This document shows positions 1 through 13,319 of a stretch of 64,000 bases of DNA, in pieces. The stretch spans positions 43,276,001 through 43,340,000 of the forward strand of contig NC_043007.1 in assembly GCF_006345805.1 (NCBI RefSeq), given 5' to 3'. Each line of letters begins with the position of its first letter. Positions within the stretch are counted from its first letter, which is position 1. A model generated the notes under the pieces. The model worked only from the letters and a program-made list of their open reading frames with translations. It was not told the origin of the DNA and did not search any database. A program made the position numbers and the translations under genes. This stretch comes from Octopus sinensis (Eukaryota).

Positions 1-2145
1 TTTGGTGGGCTGGTAATGGTAGTGATTGTACTGGTTTTGATGATGAAAACAGTTGTATTGGTGTTGATGATAATGGGTGCTGGTGAAGGAAGACAGAGAG
101 AGAGAGAGAGAGAAACAGAGAGTGAGAGGGAGATGGATGGACAGACAGGCAGGTAGGCAGGCAGACACTCATTAAAATCCAAGAAAATATATATAAACAA
201 ATATTCAGTCAAAATTCCACCTCACACTTCATAGGTGTTTATAATAACACATATGTAAACATTTGCATACAGACATGTGTGTGTGTGTGTGTGTGTTATA
301 TGTAATTGTATTTTTTCAATTTGTTAACTACTTTGATCTTATTTAAAAGGCCAAGAAGCAGCCTTTTGGCTAAATGGAAGTGTAGATTTTAAATTCTTAA
401 AATTTACTCCACTTTCCAAAAGAGCAAAATTACAGACAATAACTCCAAATTAGTACTCATATTTTACAATTTCTAAAAGTATGAAATCCCATAATCTGAA
501 GTAGCCATAACAAAGGAGGATGACTATTTTGTAGAGTGTACACTTAATCTCTATTTTCTTAAAACTGGATCATCACAACAGACCATGAGCTCAAATAGTA
601 AGAAAAAAAAAATTATCAAGGCTAGCTACTAGTAAAGTCAGCAAATCAATTTGCATTCATAGCAGAAGTCGTAGCAATACATTGAAGACATGAATGTCAT
701 AACTTGTTTCCTTCTCCTCAGGAATCAACAAATCTTGTGAATTAACATACCCAAGGTCTCTATTAAATATAAATTGTGTGTGTGTGTGCGCACGCACGTG
801 CGTGCATACAAGAGTGAATGTGTCTATGAGAGTAGGTATATGTATGTATGGATGATAGACAAAGACAGACAGATAATCTCATACACAGATGGAATACATA
901 GTAAAACATCAAAAATCTTCATTCTCTCCTTGATCATTTGTAATTTTGTTGAATCCCTCAACATGATATTAATTAGTTCTGTTGATTTCTGAGGATAAAT
1001 AGCTCACCCGGAGAAAATCCAGTGTCACAGTTAACTGATCCAGCTGAAATAAATTATTATATTATTCTATCATGTTGTTCCTATTTGTCACTACCTACGC
1101 ATGAATGTGTGTTATATAAACATATAGATAAATAGTTGGAAGTTTAAGTAAAAAATAGACAATATACCATACTATAAATATTAACTTATTAATTCCTGTG
1201 AACAAAGATTTATCTGGATATTGATGTTTGAAGCAATTTAAGTGGAGAATAATTTTACAGTAAATTTATCTGTAACTTATTTGTAGCAAAATTTTGTCAA
1301 ACAGAATGAAATTTGTACTAAACTGAACTTAGCTTACATAAGTTTAGTTCAATCATTAGACTGTAGTCATACCAAAACAACAAGCCTTCAAGAATTTTGC
1401 TCAGTTGACCTCTATACTTAAGTCAATCTAGTACACATTTTCTATTCATACAGTTTTTATTTATCAAAAGTTTTACCTTTCTGGAGTAAAAAGATAGAAC
1501 TCAACTATATGTCTATGTCTGCGCCTATCAAGTAAGCACCTACATGGTTGGCTAAGTTGCTAGAAATCACAGTCAACTCTCTCTCTCTCTCAAACCATAC
1601 ATCACCATCTTAGACAAAAGACACACTGGATAATGTGTTACTGATACACTGTGTCTTGAAATAAGATAGAATTATCAACTGTAAGATCTTTGACTACTGG
1701 TTAAAGATCTTACAGTCAGGGCTGATCTAGAGCTAAACAGCACAGTGGCCATCATAGGAGGAAATTAGCCATTACAAATTGAATAAATTGCTTTCAAGAA
1801 AGAACATTACTTTAGAAATTTTCTTGTCACAAAGAAATCACTTTAAAATAAGGAGGTATGAAATGAACTTTATGATAATTATCTTTATTGGCAAATTTTC
1901 AGTCTATTGTAGTATCTAACTTATTTTTATGTCTGAGGATTTTATTAATGTATGTGTGAATCTGAAGCAAGGAATTGTTCTTTCTCAACCATGAATAACA
2001 TGAAATATATAGAACAGTGTCAAATATAGAATGTATGTGTGTATGCATGTGCATGCTTGTGTAACTTACTATCAAAAGTAAATATATTCAAGATATAATA
2101 AAAAACATATACGCATAGATTTTCGCACAAATATGTATTTATATA

Positions 2146-2390
2146 CAAGTGGCACGTAAAAAGCACCAACCAATTGTTGTCGTTGCCAGCTTCCCCTGGA
2201 CCTGTGCCAGTGGCATGTAAAAAGCACCCACAACATTCACGGAGTGGTTGGCGTTAGGAAGGGCATCCAGCTGTAGAAACACTGCCAGATCAAGATTGGA
2301 GCCTGGTGCAGCCTCCTGGCTTCCAAGACCCTGGTCAAACCATCCAACCCATGCTAGCATGGAAAACAGACGTTAAACGATGATGATGAT
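2146..2390 (+). mobile_element. RTE 3'-end fragment
   Basis: GTGGTTGGCGTTAGGAAGGGCATCCAGCTGTAGAAAC...CATGCTAGCATGG...(GAT)n. Confidence 0.88.
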
Positions 2391-2517
2391 CTACTACAGT
2401 ATATACATGTGTTTGTGTGCGAATGTTTGTGTATGGCGATAACTTTTCCTAAACTATTGTGTATTTTTTTTAACATTATTTAACTGTGTGTGTGTGTGTG
2501 TGTGTGCACGTGTGTGC

Positions 2518-2550
<33 letters not shown>

Positions 2551-3781
2551 CACGCACACGCACATGCGCACAGGTAATTATAATGTATCTATAATCAAAT
2601 TGACACTGTAAACATCTTAAAATATCAACCATTACAATTTAAATTGGATTTTTCAAAGGATATAGTTTTACAAATTTTCTTGTCACAGTAAATTATTTTA
2701 AATTGTGTACATGCACTTGCACATACTTATTTAAATATAATCAAGAGCTATTGAGCTTTAAGCATCATATTAGATCTATGAAAGAATTAGGTCTGAGCAG
2801 TTACCTGAGTACCTTTTTGAGCACTTGACTTAATTTATGCTCTATATTGTTCCACCTGTTGACATTGTGAAAACATTAGTTTTCATAATATGACTGTTTT
2901 TTCTCTCCAACACCAAGCATTTTCAAAACACCAAATTTTATATCCTGTGTAATTCTTTTTAAACTACAAACTTCAGTTCCACTTGATGGCTTCTTCCCAG
3001 ACACCTTGAATTGTAAGTAAATCTCACAACATAGCAAACAATGCTTATCCACAACAAATGTATAGTAAAAAAATATAGTGCCAGAAAAGAACTGTTTTTT
3101 ATAAAGAAAACAGTTTGAGAATAAAAACTTATCTTATTCTTATGGATATAAGAAAGGAAATTAGGAGGAAATTAGCCATTACAAATTGAGTGAGGTGAGG
3201 GGAAATATTACATGAATAAAGTTAGTTGTAAGGTTACCAAATTCATGGGCACTTCACCCTTTGCATCTCAGACTTGAGCCGTAAGAAATCCAAGCTCTAC
3301 TCTCTCTCTCTCACACACACACAGGCACTCATGCAGAGACACACATACATGCACACACGCATGCACACACACACACACACACAGTTGTTTGATACAGATC
3401 ATATGTAGCTACAGACATTGCTATAATGCTGACACTATAATTGTTGATTCTAGTTAGTCATTCAAAAGTGAGTGACTTGATAGCAGCAACAGTGTTGGTT
3501 GTTTTCAGTGTTGCTGATGGTGATAGTGGTCATATAACTCTTGCTAATGGTATTATTGTTGCTATTTAGTTTCAAGTCAATTTTCATTGACCTAAGACCA
3601 AAGACATTTCATTCAACTTTTAAAGTACACTAGGACACCATAAAATCTCAAGAAATTTTTCATTTTAGATGGAGTTTCTTATCTTGTTTGTAAGGTTGTT
3701 GTCTTTGGTCATAAAGAATTGATGAGTTAGTAATAGCAGTGATTGTATAGGCATTGCTGTTGATGATAGTAGCGGTGATGA

Positions 3782-3841
<60 letters not shown>

Positions 3842-3919
3842 TTATAGGTATGTTGGTGCAAACAGGAAAAATAGAACTCAAAATATGAGTATATGTATAT
3901 TTTTATTAATATTTAGCAG

Positions 3920-4252
3920 AAGTAACGGAGTGACTCAAGGTCCGAGAGTCTCATGTGTTGGCTAAATATCAAATATACGCGGTTGTAAGATCGCGGTTTC
4001 GATTCTCAGACCGAGCGTTGTGAGCGTTTATTGAGCGAAAACACCTAAAGCTCCATGAGGCTCCGGCAAGAGGTGGTGGCAATCCCTGCTGTACTCTTTC
4101 GCCACAACTTTCTCTCACTCTTTCTTCTGTTGGCCTGCTCGCTTAGCCAGCAGGGTGGCCTCATTTGAAGGCTAAAACAAAGCTAAGCGCATTGTGACCA
4201 GCGATGTGTAGCAACATCTGATAGCCTGGTCGGTCACGGTGATCACGGTGAT
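3920..4252 (+). mobile_element. Probable third SINE-like element
   Basis: B-box-like GGTTTCGATTCTC, CpG-rich body, GGTCACGGTGATCACGGTGAT tail into (TA)n. Confidence 0.45.
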
Positions 4253-4276
4253 ATATATATATATATATATATATCT

Positions 4277-4656
4277 TTCATCTTTTACTTGTTTCAGTTA
4301 TTAGACTGCAGTCATGCAACAGAACTGCCGTGAAGAATTTTGGTCAAATGAATCGACCCCAGTACTTATTATTTTTTTGTAAAGCCTGATAGTTATTTTA
4401 TTAGTCGCTTTTGCTGAACCACTAAGTTACAGTGATGTAAACACACCAACATCAATTATCAAGCGGTGGTGGTAGATAACCACATACATAAAAACACACA
4501 CATATGGACTTCTTTCAGTTTCCATCTACCAAGTCCACTCACACGGCTTTGGTCAGCCGAGGGCTATAGTAGAAGACATTTGCCAAGGGTGCCATGCAGT
4601 GAGACTGAACTTGGAACCATGTGGTTGGGAAGAAAACTTCTTACCTCACAGCCACA
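4277..4656 (-). mobile_element. Same SINE family, reverse orientation
   Basis: Reverse complement contains the head, CTTGGCAAATG, GACGGAAACTGAAAGAAG-like body and tail. Confidence 0.78.
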
Positions 4657-5734
4657 CACACACACATAGGTACATACATACATACATAAACATAAATGGA
4701 TATATACTCATCCATAAACATAAATGGATAGATACTCATCAGCAAAAGAGACTGATAGAATAAGTACTAGGTTTACAAAGAATAAGCCCTGGGATCAATT
4801 TGTTCGATTTAAAGCAGTGCTCCAACATGGCCGCAGTCAAATGACTGAAACAAGTAAAAGAATATACATATATTATAAACATATATATGTGTATATATGT
4901 TTGTGCGTGTGTGTTTGTGTGGTTATGAGAATGTGCCTATATGTGTATTTGTGAATATATGCACCTGCATGCATGCATTTGTATGGTTATGTCCGCCTGT
5001 GTTATATCAACCAACATGCAACATACAATTTTAAGTATCATTTGAAGACATTACAAACACACTACAGTAGACATTGCGTTTCTTCTGATTGAATGGGCTT
5101 TTTGCTCATATAATTTTATCAACATGTTAGACAGTTTTATAGATATTTGTAGAACATAACTACAGTGTCATCTGTTTAATTTAGAAGACCTTCCAAGTAC
5201 TGAATATGATATTTATCATGCTGCTATTTTCTCAATTGTATGGTTTATCATTACATTTTGTGTTATTTCTTTCATTCTCTCTCAACTTTAATGTACATGC
5301 ATATGCACTTGTCTATCTAAAAATGAGTCCATGTGATATATACATTTCCTCATAGTGAAAGAATTCATATGTATACGCACATATATATATACATTTTGTA
5401 TGTGTGTGTGTGTGTGTGCGTGTGTGTGTGAGTGTGTGTGTGTATTATACATTTATATATATATATGTAATAGATATTTACATTACATATATATACATAC
5501 ACATCACATGCATGCACGCACGCACACACACACACACACACACATACACACATACATACACACATACATATATATATATAATGTATAATATCATTGCTAT
5601 TGTGTAGTGGTTTAATAAAGTATTGATTCGGTATTATCTGATAGTTGATGATTGATTTAGATATATTTCTCCATTTTCTCATTTTGTATATATATATATA
5701 TATATATATATAAATTGTATATTTATTTCTTGAT

Positions 5735-5955
5735 TGCCCACAGGGGGATAAACATAGAGGGGACAAAGAAGGACAGACAAAGGGATTAAATCGATTACAT
5801 TCAACTCCAGTGCGTAACTAGTACTTATTTAATCGGCCCCGAAAGGATGAAAGGCAAAGTCGACTTAGGTAGAATTTGAACTCAGAATGTAACGGCAAGC
5901 CGAAATACCGCTAAGCATTTCACCCAGCGTGCTAACAATTCTGCCAGCTCACCAA
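5735..5955 (-). mobile_element. Second tRNA-derived SINE family
   Basis: GAAAGGATGAAAGGCAAAGTCGAC..GAATTTGAACTCAGAA (reverse-complement B box); matches the copy at 36445-36620. Confidence 0.78.
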
Positions 5956-6519
5956 CCCTGTATGAATTATATATTACATATAAATTATTTTATAGCAGTG
6001 AATCAGCAGAATTTGGAAAGCATTGAACAAAATTTTAGGGGTATTTAGTTATATCCCTTTGGCTTATGTTCAAAACCACATGAGGGGCAACATTGCCTTC
6101 CATCCTTCTGGAATAGTGAAAATATAATACCATTCAAATAATAGAGTCAATCTGAAGCCTTATAATGATATTTGACTTCAATATAGTTATAATACAGTAG
6201 CATTCATATAGAGTATATGCTGTATTATAAAATATATCTATAAATTCTTACTCAATATTGAGATAATATATAAGAGAATACATGTGTGTGTATTTCAAAA
6301 ACTTATTGTTAACAAAAGTTGGGATGCGTGCTGTTCAGTTACTCAATAAATGAAAAATGTACTAAATACTACAAAAACGTACATGTAGGACAGACACAGA
6401 AGGACCATCATCAGTTATCGACCAAAAATACTAATATTCAGTTTCATGCCTTTAACAATAAGACTGGGAACTTCGTATATCAGCGGCACCCACTATATAT
6501 TTGTGTGTGTGTGTGTGTG

Positions 6520-6855
6520 TGAGAGCAAGTGTCTTCTACTATAGCCTTGGGCCAAACAAAGCCTTGAGTGGATTTGGTAGACGGAAACTGAAAGAAGCAT
6601 GTCGTATATATGTATATGTATGTATATATATATATATATATATAAGTATGTATGTGTGTGTTTATATGTTTGTGCGTCTGTGTTTGTCCCCCATCATCGC
6701 TTGACAACTGATGCTGGTGTGTTTACGTCCCCGGCAAAAGAGATCGACGGAATAAGTACTAGGCTTACAAAGAATAAGTCCTGGGGTCGATTTGCTCGAC
6801 AAAAGGCGGTGCTCCAGTATGGCCACAGTCAAATGACTGAAACAAGTAAAAGAGT
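6520..6855 (+). mobile_element. Same SINE family, head missing
   Basis: GCAAGTGTCTTCTACTATAGCC...GGCCACAGTCAAATGACTGAAACAAGTAAAAGAG. Confidence 0.82.
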
Positions 6856-8310
6856 ATATATATATATTATATATATATATAATACACACACACACCTATA
6901 TATATACACATATTCACACACATATACATATATATACATACATATATATGTATACATATATATATATATATAGTGAAATGAAAATTAAAAACGTTTACAA
7001 ACTCGGTTCATCTTATACTGCAGTTTCGTCTTTTTGTATATACATATAATATACATATATCCATACATCTATATGCATATGCACACACACACACACACAC
7101 ACAAATCTTGAACACATATTTTAATGTAATTCCTAATTTCATTATTCTTTTGTTTTTTTTTTATTGGAAAATGGATGTTGATGATGATGATGACGACGAT
7201 GACGATTATTATTATTATATTATTATTATTATTATTATTAGCACACAGCCACATGCAGAGACACAGACTGAGACAAACAGACATATGAAGACTTTAAATT
7301 ACAATGCACAGTTAATGTCAATGTTAACACTTGATTTAGTTGTAGAGCAGTCAATATATCTTGATTAGATATACAGCCTTAGCTCAGTTGAGTTTAGAAT
7401 GGTCAACATTAACAAGATAGAATATTATGAATTCATTATACTACCCTTTATAAGGCAAATGGAACCCCATCATTCTATATTCTAACAGGTGAATGTATCT
7501 GTCTATCCTGTACACACTATGTCAGGTACATAAAGAAAATTAAGTTCATAGGAGAGGGGGTTTCTTTCCTTTCTTCTTTTAGGAAATGTGTCTTTTAGAA
7601 ATAAACTGCAACAGTATGGCCACAGCTCATGAGCTGAAACTAGAATCAATCAATCATAGTTTGTTTTTCGTTGTTGTTTTTTTAACTAAGGTACACTGAC
7701 TTTAGTAGATTTGGGTCAACTAGTAATACAAACAAACTTTTCAAAGACAGTTGAAATATGAAAAGGAAGGTATATGGACTCAGGAGTTCCAATATTAAAA
7801 AAACATTGCAAACTGGAATACACTACTTTAGTTCTTCTCAATGTTTCTCAGATAATGAGTAAATGTAATAATATAAATTTTTCTGGCACAATTCATTTTA
7901 TCTGCCATGTTTGCATGTATTTACACTTTACTTAAGCTAGTACAATCTCTGATAGTTTTTCAGGTGGTTTCTTCTAAAATGTATGTAGTATAGCAAAATA
8001 TTCAAGAACATTGGAAACCGTGCTTCAGAAATAAAACTACAAACTCATTATAGGTCAGTGTATATAATATTTAGGAATAAGGCACCAGATGAGGATTGAA
8101 TATTAGCTCAATGAAAACAGTATAAAATACAAAAACCTGAAAGATGAGGCTCATAACCCAGGAAATTCATCTGCTCTGCTGTTTTAATACATCAACTCTT
8201 TTCAAATAGTCATTTCTACTTACAACCAAAAGTATTCTGCATTTTGCACCAAGATTTGCAAAGTTGTCTGAACTGAAAATTAACCAAAATTGAAATTATT
8301 CAAAACTTAC

Positions 8311-11300
8311 CTGAAACTGAAACTTCTAATGTTCCATTGCGAGAGACATCAGAGTTAAGTCTTGAATCCAAGGTAATTTCTCCAGTTGAAGGATTTAGAT
8401 CTAAAAGATTTCCTTCATTACCTGACACAAATGTATAGGTCAAAGTGTCACGGTTAATTTCATCTGGATCATATGCAGGAATTCTCCCAATAATACCAGT
8501 TGGAAAATAATTCAAAAGGTTGTTGATGATGATAGTGAAATCTTGTAGCTGGGGTTTGTTATCATTAATATCCGTAACAGCAATAATAATAGTAGTATCA
8601 GAAAAAAGATTTTCAGAGATGGCACGAAGGCGTAGCTTATAAAACTTTTTGCTTGATTCATAATCAAGATCAACATTAGATAAAATTATAGCAGCTGATC
8701 CAGGGCGTCCACGTAGCTCAAAATCATCACGATCATACTCATTCAAAAGCATGTACTGAATCTCTGCATTTTCTCCAACATCAGGATCATGGGCCATAAG
8801 TTTTGCAACAGTTGATCCTATAGGGCTATTTTCAACAATTTCCACTCGGATTTCAGCGGCTTCAAATTGTGGTTTATTATCATTAACGTCTTCTACATCA
8901 ATATCTATTACAACTGATGAGGAAGTTGGATTAGCTCCTCTATCAACAGCATAGGCAACTAGTTCATACTTGGACACACGTTCTCGATCAAGTTTCTTAT
9001 TAATTCGAATTGCACCCTGAGTAGTATCAATGAGAAAATCACCATTGCCATCATTGCCATTTTCAAATGTATAGTAAATTTGACCATTACGCCCAGCATC
9101 TCTGTCTCTGGCTGAAATTTCAAGTACTCGTGTTCCAATTTCAGCACTTTCCAAAACATAACCTGAGTAGCGTATTTCTTGAAATTCTGGTTTGTTGTCA
9201 TTTACATCCTCAATAGTAATAACTAAATCTGTGGTGTCCATTTTAGATGGCTTTCCTTGATCACTGGCTGTAACACTGACTGTATAACCAGCTTGCTTCT
9301 CTCGGTCAAGCTTTTTGTGGGTGTAGACATCTCCAGTATTTGCAACAACTGCAAAAACATCAGTAGGATCGATGCTGTAAGTTATTCGTGCATTTTCTCC
9401 AACATCTTGATCAAGTGCAAAAACATTAAAGATAGTTTTTCCAACAGGTACATCTTCTGAAACACTTATACGATAAGGTGTGTTCTGAAATTTCGGTTGG
9501 AATCTGTTTGTATCAATAATCTGAATAAACACTTCAGCAACATCTTTATTTCCAAGAAGGTCTGATGCTGTAACTGTCAAAGTATACCGACTGTGTTCAC
9601 GATAGTTAAGAGTTTTGGCCACCAAAATGGTTCCATCAGTTGAAATAATACGAAAGGCATCATCAGTATTGCCCTTAGTAATGCGGTAGTTTAGTTCAGC
9701 ATTTGTTCCTTCGTCTTTGTCAGTGGCTGTAACAGCCACAACTTGATGTCCATGTTTAGCTTCTTCAGATACACTGACATTGTAAACTTTAGGGTTAAAA
9801 ATCGGGGCATTATCATTAACATCTCGAATGACAAGTTCTACTTTTGTAACAGCTGATCGGGGTGGTTTTCCGGAATCTTTAGCTTCAACACTAAATGTAT
9901 ATGATGTAGAATTCTCTCTATCCAATACTGCAGTAGTTCGAATCCATCCAGTTTTAGGATTTATAGTCAAAGGTAAGTAGGCTGGTCTTTGCACAATTCT
10001 GTAAACTAATTCAGCATTCAAACCAGAATCCCGATCAAATGCCTGAATTTGTCGAATACTGGTATTTGCAGGAATATTTTCAGTAACAGGTTCTAAGTAA
10101 TTATTAAAAAATTCAGGATCATTGTCATTAATATCTGTAACACGAATATTTACTGTTGTACTGTTTGTTTTGGGTGGAGATCCACCATCTTGAGCACGGA
10201 TCTTGAGAGAGTATTGTTTAGTATCTTCAAAGTCTAATGATTTTTGCAGAATAAGTTCTCCAGTAGCATGGTTAATACGAAAAACATTCCGACTGTTACC
10301 ACCTGAAATAGTGTATGATATTTCTGCATTTTTGTCTTTGTCTTTATCTATAGCTGAAATATTTACGATTATGGGGTTGGAGCTAACATCAATATCTTCA
10401 GGAATTTCTGTTGAATATGATCGTTGACTGAACTGAGGATAATTATCGTTGTCATCAATTATAGTGATTTCAACTGTTGCTGTTGAAGTTTTCCTTTCTG
10501 ACACAGGAGCCTGATCAGTTGCTTGGATTATTAGTCGATAAAAACTAACTACTTCCCGATCAAGATACTTACGAGTAGTAATAATACCATTGTATGGACC
10601 AATAGCAAATGCATCATTAGGTTCCTCGGGGTTTAAAATTGAATACTTGATTTTTGCATTGTCTCCTATATCTCTGTCTGTAGCACGGACAGATAAAATG
10701 ACAGAATCAATATCAATGCTTTCTGAAACACTTTCTACATAGACTTTTTTTTCAAAAACAGGAACATTATCATTGGCATCAGTTACTGTAATAATTAATG
10801 ACACAGAACTACTTTGAGGTGGGACACCATTATCTGTTGCAATAACAGTGAAATAATGTTTAGGAATTAGTTCGCGGTCAAGTTTTGTCACAGTGGTAAC
10901 TTTGCCAGATGTAGGGTCGATCGCAAACATAGACTGGCTACGTTTATCCTGGGTAGCAATCAGGGTATAGGTTATTATTCCTGCGTCTTCTTTATCTGGG
11001 TCTGTTGCCGTAATGAACCCAACAATAACACCAGCGGATTCGTCTTCTTGAACACGTTTAGTATAATACACCTGAGGAAAACGTGGAGCACGATTCCGGT
11101 ACGCTCGTCTGCGACGACGACTTCGCGTTTTTTCCTCTAAGGAGTGTTCTAAGAACTTATGTGTGTTGTGAAGAATTTTAAAAGAGGTCTTCTTTTCTTG
11201 TTCATCACAACCAAATTGTATATCACCATAAATAGTTAAAATACCGTCAAACGGATGCATTTCATTTCTAGCTCTAATGCAATATTTGCTACTTACAGTA

Positions 11301-11977
11301 TAGTCTTTGCTGTTATGTATTATTACATTGCAAAGTTTATCGTGTATGGATTCGGACAAAAATTTGAGCAAGCAAGCCAGAGGCTCTCCCTTTGAAATGA
11401 TAGGATAACTATCTTTGTAACTATTAATTACAATTAATTGATAGTTCTGTAGCAAAACATTATGAGGCATACTTTTTCGCCTGTGGTTTTGATGACAATC
11501 AGGACCATAGGCATACACTGATAGCGGCATGACAGTATGACTGGGCATCCGATGATTATGCAGGGTGTGTGTGTGCGCTGTTATATACAAATTCAAATGA
11601 CCAGTTGGTTTAATAACATGGGAAAATGTTGACCAATTAAAGGGGCTTTTGATGTATAAATGACCAGTGCTAGAGTCCAATGAAAAATAGTCAAAGACTT
11701 CATAACTGTGGCGAGTTGGATCGATTTCATAGTACCAGTGAGGTCCGAGACTAGCGTTAAAGATTAGAAGTCCATTGGGATTAGGTATCCTGTAAGTTTT
11801 CGTTGGACTGGCAATGTTCATAGAACTGTCCGCGATGTTTTGGCAGATATTGAGTGTATAGGGCGAATCAGCAACAAACTCAGCAGTAACTAGTCCGCTG
11901 ACAGCAAACATGGACATGACAACGACAAAAAACACACAAGCACGAAAATGCGACAGACACGCACAACTCATGACCAT
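8311..11977 (-). CDS. CELSR: First coding exon of Flamingo/Starry night/CELSR (atypical cadherin adhesion GPCR): signal peptide, ~260-aa prodomain, RSRRRRR furin-type site, EC1-EC8 and most of EC9
   Basis: ORF 8300-12031 starts at TTG; first ATG is at 11977 (MVMSCACL..., hydrophobic leader). Polybasic site at 11105-11125. Eight DxNDN-type linkers, with atypical DTNRFQP between EC5 and EC6. The C-terminal FPTGIIGRIPAYDPD...GEITL...EVSVS matches the recalled CELSR/Fmi EC9. The frame is cut by G|GTAAGT at 8311/8310 (1222 codons + 1 nt). Confidence 0.92.
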
Positions 11978-12918
11978 TGTTAATATTATGTAGTTAACAT
12001 CGAATTTCTTCTTTTCTATTCTCTCTTTCAAGCCTTTTCTTCTCCTTTCTAAGTCGTGTCAAGGATGTTTGAGTATTTAATGTGTATTCCTTTTCAAAAT
12101 AATGCCTAAAATCCTTTCCGATCATATAGAAAAGAAGGAGAGCGAGGAGACAAGAGAGAGAGAAAAAAAAACAGTAGCCACTTACCGCTGTAAAGTAGGT
12201 ATACTACCCAGGTAAAAAGTAAATAACAGAGGGGTAAAAAAAACTGATCACTAGTTTCTTCCTTCCCTGCGTAATCGATGTAATATTATCGATGATTCTG
12301 TAATAAAGAAATTGATGTTAATCCATACTAGTCATCTTGGTTAGTTACTATCCAGTCACAATCAACAGAGGTTGATATATTGGAAGAAGACAAGAGGACA
12401 CCATGAACAAATGTGTTAGGGAGTTTTATGTAAACGTTCGCTAGGTAAGGAGTTTACATAAATGTGTAACGTTTGCTAGGTAAAATCTCATGGCTTCAAA
12501 CAACACCCAGTCGACTGAAATATTATTGTTGCAGTAGTAGTAAATCCTGTGTAGTTGTTGATGAAGCTGTTGATTGCTGATTTAGTAGTAATAGTTTGTT
12601 GTTTTTTCTTAATGCTTCCACGTTATCTATATCATCGGAAGAATTGTTTTACGATGCGATCAGTTCGGCTGCAGATCGCTGCGACTAATCTCTCACTCAC
12701 GTTTCGCTTTCTCTCTCTCTCTCTCTCTATTTCTCTCCCTCATCCTATTTAGTTTTCTCTTTCTCTTTAAGTTTATACTCCCTCTCGTGTTACCTCTATG
12801 CATTTACACACACACACAAACTCTGTCTCTCTCTCTTTTCCACAATATGATAGGTGTCTCGCACTACTCCCCATTTTCTTTTCCATTTCAATGTTTTTCT
12901 GGTTAATCTCTAGTTTAG

Positions 12919-13142
12919 AACCCGGTCAGAAAAATGAAAATAAAAATAGTGTAATAAGTGTAAAATAATGTGTAGTAAATGAATATGAAAAAAAAAATGC
13001 GCACGGGGGTGGGGGAGAAGACTCGGAAAATTCACGATGTAAATTTTCCGAGTCCTCTCCCCACTCTCCCGTTCGTCGGCGCAATTTTTTTTCATATTCA
13101 TTTACTACACATTTTTGTTTTTCATTTTTGTGACGAGGTCTT
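12919..13142. mobile_element. Palindromic MITE-like element ~0.94 kb upstream of the CELSR ATG
   Basis: Arms TGTGTAGTAAATGAATATGAAAAAA..GACTCGGAAAATT / AATTTTCCGAGTC..TTTTTTCATATTCATTTACTACACA. Confidence 0.8.
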
Positions 13143-13193
13143 ACCTTTTCATATAATATATACAGGTGCCCATATATATATAAATAAACATAT

Positions 13194-13300
<107 letters not shown>

Positions 13301-13319
13301 CATATATATTTATATATAA

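Larger units (their letters stand above)
1..8310 (-). other. Intron following the large CELSR cadherin exon (continues beyond the window start)
   Basis: Canonical GTAAGT donor at 8310-8305 on the minus strand; an in-frame stop follows 3 codons later; no recognisable downstream CELSR exon in 1-8310. Confidence 0.8.

Noticed and set aside
5355-7368. Many short ORFs rich in YI/VC/HT repeats (here and throughout)
   Set aside because: Translations of (TA)n, (CA)n, (GAT)n and (TAT)n microsatellites.
8085-8175. Further hammerhead-like motifs (CAGATGAG...GAAAAC)
   Set aside because: Core and stems are too degenerate to support.
8300-12031. Protocadherin or a complete single-exon cadherin gene
   Set aside because: Nine EC repeats, a long prodomain with furin site, a CELSR-type EC9 and no transmembrane segment; the ORF ends three codons after a GT donor.
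11978-12031. 18-aa N-terminal extension in the ORF track
   Set aside because: Starts at TTG and is basic, not signal-like; the ATG at 11977 gives a proper leader.
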